Shown: positions 8,183 to 17,967, counted from the first letter of the stretch. The stretch is DNA of 64,000 bases from an archaeon (GCA_018697095.1 JABHSG010000003.1:20457-84456); one strand, 5' to 3'. The notes: generated from the letters alone by a model not told the origin. A program made the numbers and translations.

Positions 8183-8839
8183 ATGAAAAAAATTAAATTC
8201 ATTTGGTATCTTTTGACAATTATTCCTATTATCTTACTAATTTCGGGATATATTTTCCCTTCATCTTTTTTTGGAAACCAAGAAACAATTAGAAACTACG
8301 TTCTTCAATTTGGGTCATTTGCTCCTTTAATGTTCATTTTAATTCAAATAACTCAAGTTGTTATTACTCCATTTAATCACTACGCTGTTTCAATTGCAGG
8401 GGGATTTATTTTTGGAACTTGGCAAGGATTCATTTATAATTGGATTGGAAGAGTTATTGGAACAATCATTGCTTTTTATCTTGGTAGATTTCTTGGAAGA
8501 AATATATTAAAACATATTGTAAATCCCAAAATAATCAAAAAATACGATCACTACTTTGAAAAATGCAAAATATTGTTATTTTTGGCGTATTTCCTTCCAT
8601 TTTTCCCAGATGATGAAATTTCTTATTTTGCGGGTTTCTCTAAAATTAATCCTAAAACTTTTTTGACTTTAATAACAATTGGACATGTGAGTGGGAGTTT
8701 AAGTTTAGCTTATGTTGGGAATGGAATTAAGTCAGTTAAAGAGCCCTTATTCATTATCCTTTCTCTAATCACGCTAATAGGTGGCATCTGGTTCATACAA
8801 CACTACAAAAAAATAAAAAATACTAACTCTCTACTCTGA
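8183..8839 (+). CDS. TVP38/TMEM64 (DedA superfamily) membrane protein
   Basis: Multi-TM protein. FAPLMFILIQITQVVITPFNHYAVSIAGGFIFG...IGRVIGTIIAFYLGRFLGR is family-typical. Confidence 0.65.
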   Translation: MKKIKFIWYLLTIIPIILLISGYIFPSSFFGNQETIRNYVLQFGSFAPLMFILIQITQVVITPFNHYAVSIAGGFIFGTWQGFIYNWIGRVIGTIIAFYLGRFLGRNILKHIVNPKIIKKYDHYFEKCKILLFLAYFLPFFPDDEISYFAGFSKINPKTFLTLITIGHVSGSLSLAYVGNGIKSVKEPLFIILSLITLIGGIWFIQHYKKIKNTNSLL

Positions 8840-9428
8840 ACCTTCTGTTGCCACACTGAATCAGCATTACCATCTCAGGCCTACCGCCTTTCTGCCAACC
8901 TTGAAGAGTATTCAAATCAGTTTCAGACGCAATACAACTTCCGCGTGGGTGTGTATGGAGTGAGATTATCGTTTCCTCACTACAACTTTCAAACCTAACA
9001 TGAGAAAAACTACGATAAAATATCTGTGGGATATAGTAAGAATCAATCTTATACCCTAATTTGTTTCCATCAGAACTTATAGTGCCTTCCAAACACACAC
9101 TTATTTCTGCTCCTTCCTCTCCTACATATAATTCTGACAAATACAAAGCAACTTCAGAAGATAAAACTACTTCGCCTAAATCAAACTCTAAAGAATCGTC
9201 AAAATCAAGTACTGAACTAGCAGCCAAACTTGCCAAAATGTCGCCAACTGGAAAAGCTGAAAGTGTAAAAGATAACATCAATCCAACTAAAAATAAAGAG
9301 ATAACTGGAGTATACCAATGTTTATGCTGCTCCCAATGGCTATGCAGGTGTGAATCTACTTCTTCTTGCGCTCCAGTCATAATTTCTTTGTGCTCGCGCA
9401 ATTCCTTAGGGTCATGATGCTTTGTCAT
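8823..9428 (-). CDS. membrane-anchored JAB/MPN (JAMM) metalloprotease-like protein
   Basis: It has EISVCLEG (the ExxxCxxG-like motif) and HTHPRGSCIASETD (HxHx7SxxD), with one TM (ISLFLVGLMLSFTLSAFPV). The ATG at 9428 overlaps the upstream stop as ATGA. Confidence 0.6.
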   Translation of the reverse strand: MTKHHDPKELREHKEIMTGAQEEVDSHLHSHWEQHKHWYTPVISLFLVGLMLSFTLSAFPVGDILASLAASSVLDFDDSLEFDLGEVVLSSEVALYLSELYVGEEGAEISVCLEGTISSDGNKLGYKIDSYYIPQIFYRSFSHVRFESCSEETIISLHTHPRGSCIASETDLNTLQGWQKGGRPEMVMLIQCGNRRFRVES

Positions 9429-9916
9429 ATAAGCACCTTCCAAAACAATATAGCATTAACCAAAACTAAAACTCCCCATAAAAACTTCTCCCATATACTT
9501 CCAACACGTATTGGCCCTTTTATCTTAAACTCGGAAAATGGAATAAATATCTTAACTCCCATTGGCGTAATAGAATCTCCTAAGATGTGCGCAAGATAAC
9601 CAGCAAATAATGCAATCCCATAAGCCTGCCCTACCAATTTCCAAACTACTAAACTAAGTACAAAAAATAAAAGTACTGAATGTAAAATCCCTCGGTGTTT
9701 GAATAGCGCAGCTACAATTTTTCCAATAGGTCCACTCCACTTATTCACTTTACTATTAGCTTCATCAATATCTGGAAGAAGTGCCCCAATAAACACAAAA
9801 ATTCCCATTAATAAAAAAGCCATAAACCCTGAATCACCAAATATTGAAAAAACTCCAAATAGTTTCAACAATAAAAAAGCTAGAATTCCAAGTAGTACGT
9901 GGCCATAAAATAACAT
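9425..9916 (-). CDS. YdjM/DUF457 membrane-bound metal-dependent hydrolase
   Basis: Recognised motifs are LPDIDEANSK, HRGILHS and HILGDSITPMGVKIFIPFS, plus 4 TM segments. Confidence 0.65.
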   Translation of the reverse strand: MLFYGHVLLGILAFLLLKLFGVFSIFGDSGFMAFLLMGIFVFIGALLPDIDEANSKVNKWSGPIGKIVAALFKHRGILHSVLLFFVLSLVVWKLVGQAYGIALFAGYLAHILGDSITPMGVKIFIPFSEFKIKGPIRVGSIWEKFLWGVLVLVNAILFWKVLI

Positions 9917-9968
9917 AATAAAAGAATAAACAAAAAAATAACTTAAGCTTTACTGTTTACATAATTTT

Positions 9969-11210
9969 TTACTGAATCATTTCTTCTTCAACAGCTGGTA
10001 AATCGTCAAGTGACTCGACTTTTTCTGTTGCAACTACTTCCGCAGCTTCAACAGTTTCTACTGATTCCATTGCCTCTAAAGCTGGTACTGGAGTTGAAAC
10101 CTCAGAACTAACCGCTTCTTCTGCTACTACAGGTTCAACTGCTGATTCCACAACTGTTTCTTTTACAGTTTCCTGAACTTTCTCTTCAGCTTTCACTTCA
10201 ACTGTTTCCTTAGCAGCAACTTCTTCCTTTGCTCCCTTAGAACTTGCAGCATCAAGTTTAGAAATTTCAACTGCAGGATCGGCCTTCGAAACAGTCCGAA
10301 CAGAAAATTCTAACCTATCAAACATTTCATTATGTTTAACATTTCCTCGAACAACAAACTGTTCTCCAAGTAAATCAGTTTTTTCATCTTCAAACAAGCT
10401 TAAGTCTTGTTGATACTCATGCATTTTAGCTTCATCATTATTTAGTAGCATGTTAACTTGAGCTTTCCAAAAAACACAACGAATATTACTAGTCCCGTCA
10501 TCAAGTATTGCATTCATTACATAAGAAAGTGCAGGAGTAACGTCTCCTTCTTCTCCTTCGCGAATTCGTCTTCCTGTTTCTGGGTGCACATTAAAAAATC
10601 GTGGATCAAAAACTTGTACAATTGTTCCCATAACTTCAACGCCTTCCTCGCCACCAGTAAGTGATCCAAGTTCTTTACGTTCAAAAGCACCGCCAACTTT
10701 AATTTCAACAGTTTTCCCTTCAGGATTAACTTCAAAGGTTCCACCTTTACCAAGGTGTACTTCAACTCTGCCATTGTTTTCTTTGACATATACACCTTTG
10801 ATCAAAAGAACATCTCCTTCTTTACTTCCCTTAAAATGATCAACTTGATCATTCCATAATGTGAAACGAGTTTTTCCTGATTCATCAGCAACTAGCATTG
10901 ACTGTACTTTTCCAGTATAATCATTTTTGCTAAACTCTCGCATTTCCCAAATTTGAGCAACTTTAACAAGCATCTGAACACCATTCATTCCTGGCGCTAA
11001 GTCTCGAATATTCATCTTAGTATCTTGCACTTCTGGAAGTACATTAACTCCAAGTTCATTTGCAATTATGTGCGCTGCACCTTCTTCAGAAATAAGTCCA
11101 GATAATTCATTTATTTTTGCCTTGATTTTAGAATCAAGAGTAGCAGCATCTATTTTTTTAGACTCAACTAACTTTTCTTTAACTTGATCTAGTGATAATT
11201 TATATGTCAT
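9969..11210 (-). CDS. rpa: replication protein A-like OB-fold ssDNA-binding protein with acidic Val/Glu-rich tail
   Basis: The N-terminal LSGLISEEGAAHIIANELGV module is common in euryarchaeal RPA, followed by OB-fold-like regions. No Zn finger was seen. Confidence 0.6.
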   Translation of the reverse strand: MTYKLSLDQVKEKLVESKKIDAATLDSKIKAKINELSGLISEEGAAHIIANELGVNVLPEVQDTKMNIRDLAPGMNGVQMLVKVAQIWEMREFSKNDYTGKVQSMLVADESGKTRFTLWNDQVDHFKGSKEGDVLLIKGVYVKENNGRVEVHLGKGGTFEVNPEGKTVEIKVGGAFERKELGSLTGGEEGVEVMGTIVQVFDPRFFNVHPETGRRIREGEEGDVTPALSYVMNAILDDGTSNIRCVFWKAQVNMLLNNDEAKMHEYQQDLSLFEDEKTDLLGEQFVVRGNVKHNEMFDRLEFSVRTVSKADPAVEISKLDAASSKGAKEEVAAKETVEVKAEEKVQETVKETVVESAVEPVVAEEAVSSEVSTPVPALEAMESVETVEAAEVVATEKVESLDDLPAVEEEMIQ

Positions 11211-11292
11211 TTAAAAGCACCCCGCTCATTAAAACCACTCAAAATAAGTCTAATTTAACTCTCATTTGAGTGAGCGATTTGAAATTTTTATG

Positions 11293-11304
11293 TATATAAG
11301 CGTT
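11293..11304 (-). promoter_or_regulatory. BRE/TATA promoter (minus strand AACGCTTATATA) for rpa
   Basis: This is a one-mismatch copy of the 12-mer found at 19264, 28835 and 39517. It lies 83 nt upstream of the ATG at 11210, and GGGGTG (SD-like) lies ~8 nt before the ATG. Confidence 0.5.
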
Positions 11305-11325
11305 ACTGTGCTAAACACTAATCAC

Positions 11326-12945
11326 TCAAGAAGAAACTGCTACAATCCCGTTAATTTCACTCTCCTCGCCAGAATAAACACTAGTTACTGCAACATAATA
11401 ATCTCCACCTGCATAATCAAGACTACTTTCAAAATACACACTTTTTATTTCATCTCCACACACATATCCCTTACCAATTTCCATTGAATTTTCTGCTGGA
11501 CAACTATTCACTTTTTCAATCAAAATTCTTTCAAAAACATTGCTTGTAGAACTTGTACTTTGTAACTCAGAAAAAACTTGCCATTTGCCACTAAAACCTA
11601 AATTCTCATAATCTGTAAAATAAAGTACATAGGATTCAATTGAACTACTTGCTTCAAAACTAATCTCATATCCCCCACTATTAGAATTCAAACTAGAATC
11701 ATATAAAGCGCTAAGGCCACTTATTACTCCTGAGCTTCCACTAAAATCCAGTGCAAAATTATATTCAACATCCCGCTCATACAAACTCTCAACGCAAAAT
11801 TCTACTTTCCCATTAACAAAGCTAAACGAACTTTCAAGGCAAGACCCATAATTCCACCTCTCACCAACCTTAGAATCAAGGCAAGGCTGCAAAGGCGTTA
11901 CACCAGAACAACTCAAAAGTAATTGTTTTGATGCATCAAAAAGTGCATCATACTCTTCAAATTTATAATCACTAGAATAACTAAAATGTGGGTACACAAA
12001 ATAATTTGTGAAAGAAGATAATACATCTGCATTTTGTACTACTTCTACTCTATCAAGTACTTCAAGGCCATTTCGGGCAAACTCTCCCTTATCACTTAAA
12101 GACTCTTCGCAATAACTAACATCCCATTCACAACCATAATTGCAAGGGTCATAATCACAATAATATTGATTAACATATTTATCACAACTTACTTCTTCAG
12201 GGCAAACTCCACAAGAAGCATATTCATTCTCAGAGTAAAAACTCACACAATCAAGTGAGCAAGGGTCCAAATCGCAATATTCAGAAGACGCATAGTTTGA
12301 ACAAGAATCAAAGTTAGAACATTCTTTGCAAGAATTATAAACTAATTCTCCATTATACTCAAAAACCGTAGGCACTTTTCCTTTTTCTCCAAGGCATTGT
12401 AATTCTTCTTCAGAAAAACTACTTTCTTCAAAGTAACGTGGCAAAATTTCAATCTTATCAGAAGCCAAGAAAACAATTTCTTCTCCTGAAAAAAACATAT
12501 TATATTCAATATGGTCAAACCCACTCCTATTTAATTCTAAAATTCCGCTCGCGGCTTCTTTCAAAAATTCAGATTTATATGATGGAAAACAAAAACTTCC
12601 TCCTAAATTCCAAAGGGCAGCCCCACTATACGCCCCACATGAACTACTATCACTCAGATTAAAATATCCGCCTTTCTTAGCCAAATCAATTGTGCTATCT
12701 TCCAAAACTAACGTTAATATCAAATCATTAGATAACAAAATTTCATCACGTTGTGAACTATACTCTTCTAAAAAATCAGATTGCCACTGTCCTTTTACAG
12801 GAAAATCAGTATCCAAACTTAAGTCAAAACTATCTGAAAGGGCCATAAATATTCCAAACGCAAATATAAGTCCAATAAGTATAAAACTAATAACTGTTCC
12901 TTTCTTGTTTAAGAAATTAAACTTTAAAAAATTAAATCTCAACAT
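11326..12945 (-). CDS. prepilin-like N-terminus, Cys-rich secreted protein (539 aa)
   Basis: The N-terminus is ...FLNKKG/TVISFILIGLIFAFGIF. Two tandem CxxCx5Cx8Cx4Cx3C modules are present. The protein is acidic. Confidence 0.5.
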   Translation of the reverse strand: MLRFNFLKFNFLNKKGTVISFILIGLIFAFGIFMALSDSFDLSLDTDFPVKGQWQSDFLEEYSSQRDEILLSNDLILTLVLEDSTIDLAKKGGYFNLSDSSSCGAYSGAALWNLGGSFCFPSYKSEFLKEAASGILELNRSGFDHIEYNMFFSGEEIVFLASDKIEILPRYFEESSFSEEELQCLGEKGKVPTVFEYNGELVYNSCKECSNFDSCSNYASSEYCDLDPCSLDCVSFYSENEYASCGVCPEEVSCDKYVNQYYCDYDPCNYGCEWDVSYCEESLSDKGEFARNGLEVLDRVEVVQNADVLSSFTNYFVYPHFSYSSDYKFEEYDALFDASKQLLLSCSGVTPLQPCLDSKVGERWNYGSCLESSFSFVNGKVEFCVESLYERDVEYNFALDFSGSSGVISGLSALYDSSLNSNSGGYEISFEASSSIESYVLYFTDYENLGFSGKWQVFSELQSTSSTSNVFERILIEKVNSCPAENSMEIGKGYVCGDEIKSVYFESSLDYAGGDYYVAVTSVYSGEESEINGIVAVSS

Positions 12946-13567
12946 AATACCTCACTATAACGCTCTGAATTTCTAATCCATTTGCGCCATTCTCACTACC
13001 ACTAACCAATCCCTCTTCCAAACTTATTGGTACTTCCACTTGTGCATAAAAATCAGGCCGAGTGAAAATTCCGCTACCAGCGCGATAAGATGCAAGTACA
13101 TTTTCTTCTAAAAATTCATTAGATGAATAAACAATCACAATTCCCTCATATCCTGTTGACTCAAAATGTGCCTCAGCGTGCGCCTCGAACAAACCCCAAT
13201 TAGACACTTCAACTCCGTGCACTATAACTTCATTTGCTAAATAACTTCTCTCACCCAATTCATCAGATATACCTTTGCTTTCACTACCTTTTCCATCTTC
13301 GCCACTTTCGCCACCTTCATTTTCTAAAATAAAAGATGAACGCATATAATGAGATAACCCTTGTTCAAGTTCAAAGTCATCCAGGTAAGCATTGGTCTGC
13401 TCCTGTGCAGCGCTCACTGTAAAAGTAAGATACAAAAATAATGAAACGCCCGCAAAAAAAAGCGCTAAGATAGTAAACACTAAATCAAACAAATCATCAA
13501 TTTGCCCTTTTTTAGAAGCAAATAATCTTGGCCTCTTTCTTCCCAGTTTACTTTTCACCAAAAACAT
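12932..13567 (-). CDS. class III signal peptide (prepilin-like) protein, 211 aa
   Basis: ...FASKKG/QIDDLFDLVFTILALFFAGVSLF. The start overlaps the upstream stop as TAATG. Confidence 0.5.
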   Translation of the reverse strand: MFLVKSKLGRKRPRLFASKKGQIDDLFDLVFTILALFFAGVSLFLYLTFTVSAAQEQTNAYLDDFELEQGLSHYMRSSFILENEGGESGEDGKGSESKGISDELGERSYLANEVIVHGVEVSNWGLFEAHAEAHFESTGYEGIVIVYSSNEFLEENVLASYRAGSGIFTRPDFYAQVEVPISLEEGLVSGSENGANGLEIQSVIVRYYVEI

Positions 13568-14118
13568 TAAATCCCCTCTTGCACAAACACTAATAGTTGT
13601 GTACTGAATTCTTCACTTCCACTTCTAACAATAACTGGGAACCTCAAAGTAAAATCAACTTTATTAAAAAAATTATTCGTCATCAATATTTTTTCTTCTC
13701 CACTGTCAACATCAATAGCATCAAACCCAACTAGTGACAATCCAAAATTGAAACTGCTATACCCCCTTTCAGAATCACTACGGTAACAATCATCAAGTCT
13801 TTCTTGAGTAAACTTATCTATATCAATAACTCCACTTTCTATCCTACCAGTTACTAAGTCTTGGTAAGTAAAACACTCAGCTGTATTTACAAACCTAAGT
13901 GCAGTTAGTTTTGCTTCGTATTCAGCTGGCACTGTGGACACTTCTCCTTGATAAATGGATAAAATCATTGCAAAAGCAAGTACTGTAATTGTAATTACTA
14001 CTCCTGCGATCATCCAAAAAATGGATTTACGTGCAATATCATACTGCCCTTTTTTTGATTTAAACATCCTAACCATTTTTCTAAATATTGCCTTTACCTT
14101 ATCCGACCTTCCATCCAA
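13567..14118 (-). CDS. class III signal peptide (prepilin-like) protein, 183 aa
   Basis: ...MFKSKKG/QYDIARKSIFWMIAGVVITITVLAF. Confidence 0.5.
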   Translation of the reverse strand: MDGRSDKVKAIFRKMVRMFKSKKGQYDIARKSIFWMIAGVVITITVLAFAMILSIYQGEVSTVPAEYEAKLTALRFVNTAECFTYQDLVTGRIESGVIDIDKFTQERLDDCYRSDSERGYSSFNFGLSLVGFDAIDVDSGEEKILMTNNFFNKVDFTLRFPVIVRSGSEEFSTQLLVFVQEGI

Positions 14119-14127
14119 ACATATTCA

Positions 14128-14541
14128 CTAAACGCAATTACTAAGTAACATATTTGTATTTTGTTTCACAAAACACAACTTCTCTGATTCCATTACTGAC
14201 CCTGTTGCCTTGTATCCTTTAGGGAGAGAAAAATAATTCGATATTCCAAAGCCTTTATCTTCATCATATAACGCAACTAAAATATGGTCTTGAAACAAGT
14301 GGAATTGATATGATGAAACATCCCCAGGGTATTCTACAACAACATCTCCAGGCGTAGCTACTAATGTGTCTACCATCATTTTCAAATCTTTAGAGAGTAT
14401 CGCTTTTTGAGTTCCAGTTGTACTTCCATAAGATTCTGCAATTTTAACCAATGTAAATATCACAAATAATACTATCAAAAGTTCAAATACTATAAACAAT
14501 ATTTGAACTCCCTTTTTACCACCAAATATTTTTTTCATCAT
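14128..14541 (-). CDS. class III signal peptide (prepilin-like) protein, 137 aa
   Basis: MMKKIFGGKKG/VQILFIVFELLIVLFVIF. Confidence 0.5.
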   Translation of the reverse strand: MMKKIFGGKKGVQILFIVFELLIVLFVIFTLVKIAESYGSTTGTQKAILSKDLKMMVDTLVATPGDVVVEYPGDVSSYQFHLFQDHILVALYDEDKGFGISNYFSLPKGYKATGSVMESEKLCFVKQNTNMLLSNCV

Positions 14542-14572
14542 AGGCCACGCAATTTCTCTATTACTTCTACTT

Positions 14573-15253
14573 CTAATCTAAATTATCTGGAGCTTTAGAA
14601 TCCGTTAAAACAACTGCATTATCAGTACGGGTCAGATAAATTACTCGCCTTCGGTTATCTTCGTCATAAGCAAGTACCAGTTCAGTGGCTTCCGCCAAAT
14701 TTCTTTCAATTACAAACCCACCTTCACAACTCACTGAATTTACATTCTCTGGGTCTCCTACTGCGCAAGAATCAATTTCAAGTGGAAAACTCAAATCTTC
14801 ACAAAGCACTCTTTCAGCCTTAATTACAGTAGTAACAAGTGTGTCACTTCCTTCAGTTTGATAAAAGTCATCCCTCTCAGACTGAACACTCCTAAATAAA
14901 CAAATACAATTTCCACTATCTCCACATGCAGAGGGTTTCTCAAAAAACATTGTTAGATCTGTTTCAGGGAATGGGTAATCAATTACAACATCAACTTGTG
15001 AAATTCCATTTTCAAAATAAACAATTGCTGTCTCTTCATCCATAATCAATATTTCGCTACTTCTCTCGCCTACAAACGATTCAGCAGCAAAGTTCGCTAT
15101 CTCTTGTACGAAATCCGCATAGTTCTCTTTGGCTTGATCACTTGTACGAAATATATTAGACGCAATCATGCAAGCTGGTGCAAATACAATTAATCCTAAT
15201 AGTAGTGATACCAAAAACTTCACCATAAAACCCTTGCGATTCATTTTAAACAT
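14573..15253 (-). CDS. prepilin-like Cys-containing protein, 226 aa
   Basis: MFKMNRKG/FMVKFLVSLLLGLIVF. The ATG at 15253 makes a TAATG overlap with the upstream stop. Confidence 0.45.
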   Translation of the reverse strand: MFKMNRKGFMVKFLVSLLLGLIVFAPACMIASNIFRTSDQAKENYADFVQEIANFAAESFVGERSSEILIMDEETAIVYFENGISQVDVVIDYPFPETDLTMFFEKPSACGDSGNCICLFRSVQSERDDFYQTEGSDTLVTTVIKAERVLCEDLSFPLEIDSCAVGDPENVNSVSCEGGFVIERNLAEATELVLAYDEDNRRRVIYLTRTDNAVVLTDSKAPDNLD

Positions 15254-16104
15254 TAACTTTTCACCCATTCTCCACTATTACAAACATAATTTTTCCCAGA
15301 AACTTCCAAACTGCGTCCTTCTTGTCCGTCCTTACATCCAAACCAAAAACCACTGCTACAAATCAAAGAACCATATTCTGAACTAGACTCCCATCTCCAA
15401 GAAAATAGTCCCTCAGGGTCAGCTTCATCATCAATTGACAAATAAGATCCGCGAACCATATACTCTTTAATTGAAGCTACTCCACTTTGCGAAATTATTG
15501 CTCCACTTCCAAAACTTGCTTGTCCACAATCGTGCGGATCTAAAATACCATCATCTTCACTAGCCATAATTAAACAATAATCACTATTTTTTGGATAACT
15601 AAATTCGTCAACATCACAATCATTATCTTCGCTATGGCATTCTCGCCCAACCATGCCAACACACGCCTGTGCGATTTCACCAGTCCCAGCACCCAAAACT
15701 TCTCCATTGTCATCATCACCAAAAATTTCAATAGATCTATAATGTTCAAACCCTCCTTCAAATGAAGAAACATCAACTTCGCTTTGATCAGTATTCGTTT
15801 TGCCACACTCAGTATCAGAATTATAACTGTCTTGGTCTGCCGCTTTTTCTAAAAGTTCATAGTCGCTTGGGCAACCTGAATTTCCTAAGTCACCATATGT
15901 ACAAGGACAATCATCTTGAAAATCTCGAAATCCATCCCCATCACTATCGGTTTGCACTGACCTAAACTGTCCTCTAATATCATCTCCAACGCCAAGAACG
16001 CCAGGGAAAAAAATCCGCACAGCTACCATTAAAACAACTATTGCAATCAAAAGAGTCATTAGTTTCCACCAAATCTGTTCAGCTCCTTTTTTATTCAAAA
16101 ACAT
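15253..16104 (-). CDS. prepilin-like protein with Ca-binding-type Asp repeat, 283 aa
   Basis: MFLNKKG/AEQIWWKLMTLLIAIVVLMV, plus a DSDGDGFRDFQDDC motif. The internal ATG at 16104 is preferred because it gives a short signal peptide. Confidence 0.45.
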   Translation of the reverse strand: MFLNKKGAEQIWWKLMTLLIAIVVLMVAVRIFFPGVLGVGDDIRGQFRSVQTDSDGDGFRDFQDDCPCTYGDLGNSGCPSDYELLEKAADQDSYNSDTECGKTNTDQSEVDVSSFEGGFEHYRSIEIFGDDDNGEVLGAGTGEIAQACVGMVGRECHSEDNDCDVDEFSYPKNSDYCLIMASEDDGILDPHDCGQASFGSGAIISQSGVASIKEYMVRGSYLSIDDEADPEGLFSWRWESSSEYGSLICSSGFWFGCKDGQEGRSLEVSGKNYVCNSGEWVKS

Positions 16105-16123
16105 AGATCTCAATATAACACCT

Positions 16124-17161
16124 TTATTTCCCTGCGATATCTTCTGATCCGCATTTCTCTTCGCCAATTGTTAAAAAATTAAGTGAAACAGTACTCACAT
16201 CTCTTTCTGTTTCGTCAAAAACAGTATCAACTAAATCGTTATACGCTGCGCTACCTGTGTAAGCACTAGCACCAAGCGCTACTCCACCAACTATAAGTCC
16301 GCCTTTAGCAACTGCAAGTGAACTACTCGCAATAAATACTGCTTCACCTGCTGTTGCTGCTGCTGCAATTCCTCCAGCACAAATTCCACCGGTCCCAACA
16401 ATACAAGCACCAGCGATCACTCCTCCAGTGACAACAACGCCAACACCGACATAAACAAGCGCCACTGTTCCAACAGTTTCAGCAACACCAAACCAAAATT
16501 CAGATGAGCTTTCTTTATTTTTAGGCATAAACGAAATAGAATAAGCTTCTCGTGGAATTATCGCAGGCGCAGTTACAATTGCTCTACCTGGGCCACCAGA
16601 ACTTTGCAAATAATCTAAATAACTTGTATTAGATTTTGAATATGTCTCTTCACGTAAAAATTCTTCAAACTCTTCTTGAGCTATATACCCGCCTTCGATT
16701 TCTTTCTCATCAACAAGTATTGTATAACAATTAAAACACATATTTTCTGTATTTGATATATCAAAAAAAGCATTTATGTCAGTATCATGTAACAGCTCTT
16801 CGTATTTACCCTCGCCAAACATCCACCAACAACTAGCCATCGAATCAGCGAATTCTCGCATTATTTCATCTCGCTCGCCGCTAACCTTCTTAACAATATT
16901 TTTACAAAGTGAAGGTGCCAATTTTGCTTCAACATCAACTCCCATACTCTCTAATCGAACCGCACTCTGTGCGCGAAGCGCATTACTTTCATGACATAAT
17001 ACTTCAGCTGCAATATCGTTTGATTCTGACATGAAGCGCATAAGAGTCCCAGAAACAAGTACAAATGCAATAAGTGTAATCATCATACCAATTAAAACTG
17101 ACCCAGTCATCCCTTTTTTAGAATTAATTACAAACCACTTTTCCTTCTTCTCAAGTCCCAT
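16124..17161 (-). CDS. prepilin-like protein with C-terminal glycine-zipper hydrophobic domain, 345 aa
   Basis: ...INSKKG/MTGSVLIGMMITLIAFVLV. Near the C-terminus is VGVGVVVTGGVIAGACIVGTGGICAGGIAAAATAGEAVFIASSSLAVAKGGLIVGGVALGASAY. The start at 17161 is a TAATG junction. Confidence 0.45.
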   Translation of the reverse strand: MGLEKKEKWFVINSKKGMTGSVLIGMMITLIAFVLVSGTLMRFMSESNDIAAEVLCHESNALRAQSAVRLESMGVDVEAKLAPSLCKNIVKKVSGERDEIMREFADSMASCWWMFGEGKYEELLHDTDINAFFDISNTENMCFNCYTILVDEKEIEGGYIAQEEFEEFLREETYSKSNTSYLDYLQSSGGPGRAIVTAPAIIPREAYSISFMPKNKESSSEFWFGVAETVGTVALVYVGVGVVVTGGVIAGACIVGTGGICAGGIAAAATAGEAVFIASSSLAVAKGGLIVGGVALGASAYTGSAAYNDLVDTVFDETERDVSTVSLNFLTIGEEKCGSEDIAGK

Positions 17162-17967
17162 TAGCAAAGTACCACCTTTGAATCGCCATTCTTAGCGCGA
17201 TTAGCAATAGAATCTTTTTCTCCTAAATCAAACCATTCATTTCCAATCCCATCTTCACTTGCATCAGTCACATAATTAGTTGGGAAAAAACAAATTACTC
17301 CATTCCCTGGTGTGTAAAGCCATCCTTCATTTTCAAAATTATCATTTTCATCATTAACAAAACTATTACCAAACTCTGGAATTTCTATTTTGTTACCACT
17401 ATTTCCAAAAGTTCCACCGTCTGAAAACCTAATGTCAAGTCCCCTCACGTTTCGATAGTTTGGTTCAATAAGAGCTGAAGAACTTTGTGAAATATAGTAA
17501 GAGAAAAAGTTAGGTGCTTCACGTAAATCTCCAGCGATCACACAAGGACTAACGCCATGTATTTCCTGACTTAAACTAGTGACAATTTGTTTGCCCCCAG
17601 CACCTCCACCAACTATTAACTGTGACCCATTCCCTGAATCATCAACTTTTAAAGATAAACTCATTCCTTCTTCTCCAAAATCTGGAACACTTACTGAAAC
17701 TTGAGAAAAACACGTTTTATTGGCATCTCGCATCTGCCCTATGACATCCACAAGCCGGCTAACAAACAATTTTTGATTATCACTAACTACGACTTCTCCA
17801 CCATCAAGTTCTTCAAGACCAACTTCAAAATCCACATAATCTGTGACCCCAAGAACTGTTTCTTTGAGGTCTTCCCACATACCACTTTCTCCATAAAAAA
17901 CCAAAACTGCCACAATTAAAACTAGTAAAGGAATAATATACATCACCATTCTGTTCAAACTTCCCAT
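17161..17967 (-). CDS. signal-anchored secreted protein, 268 aa (no [KR]G motif)
   Basis: MGSLNRMVMYIIPLLVLIVAVLVFYG is followed by an acidic ectodomain. Confidence 0.4.
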   Translation of the reverse strand: MGSLNRMVMYIIPLLVLIVAVLVFYGESGMWEDLKETVLGVTDYVDFEVGLEELDGGEVVVSDNQKLFVSRLVDVIGQMRDANKTCFSQVSVSVPDFGEEGMSLSLKVDDSGNGSQLIVGGGAGGKQIVTSLSQEIHGVSPCVIAGDLREAPNFFSYYISQSSSALIEPNYRNVRGLDIRFSDGGTFGNSGNKIEIPEFGNSFVNDENDNFENEGWLYTPGNGVICFFPTNYVTDASEDGIGNEWFDLGEKDSIANRAKNGDSKVVLC

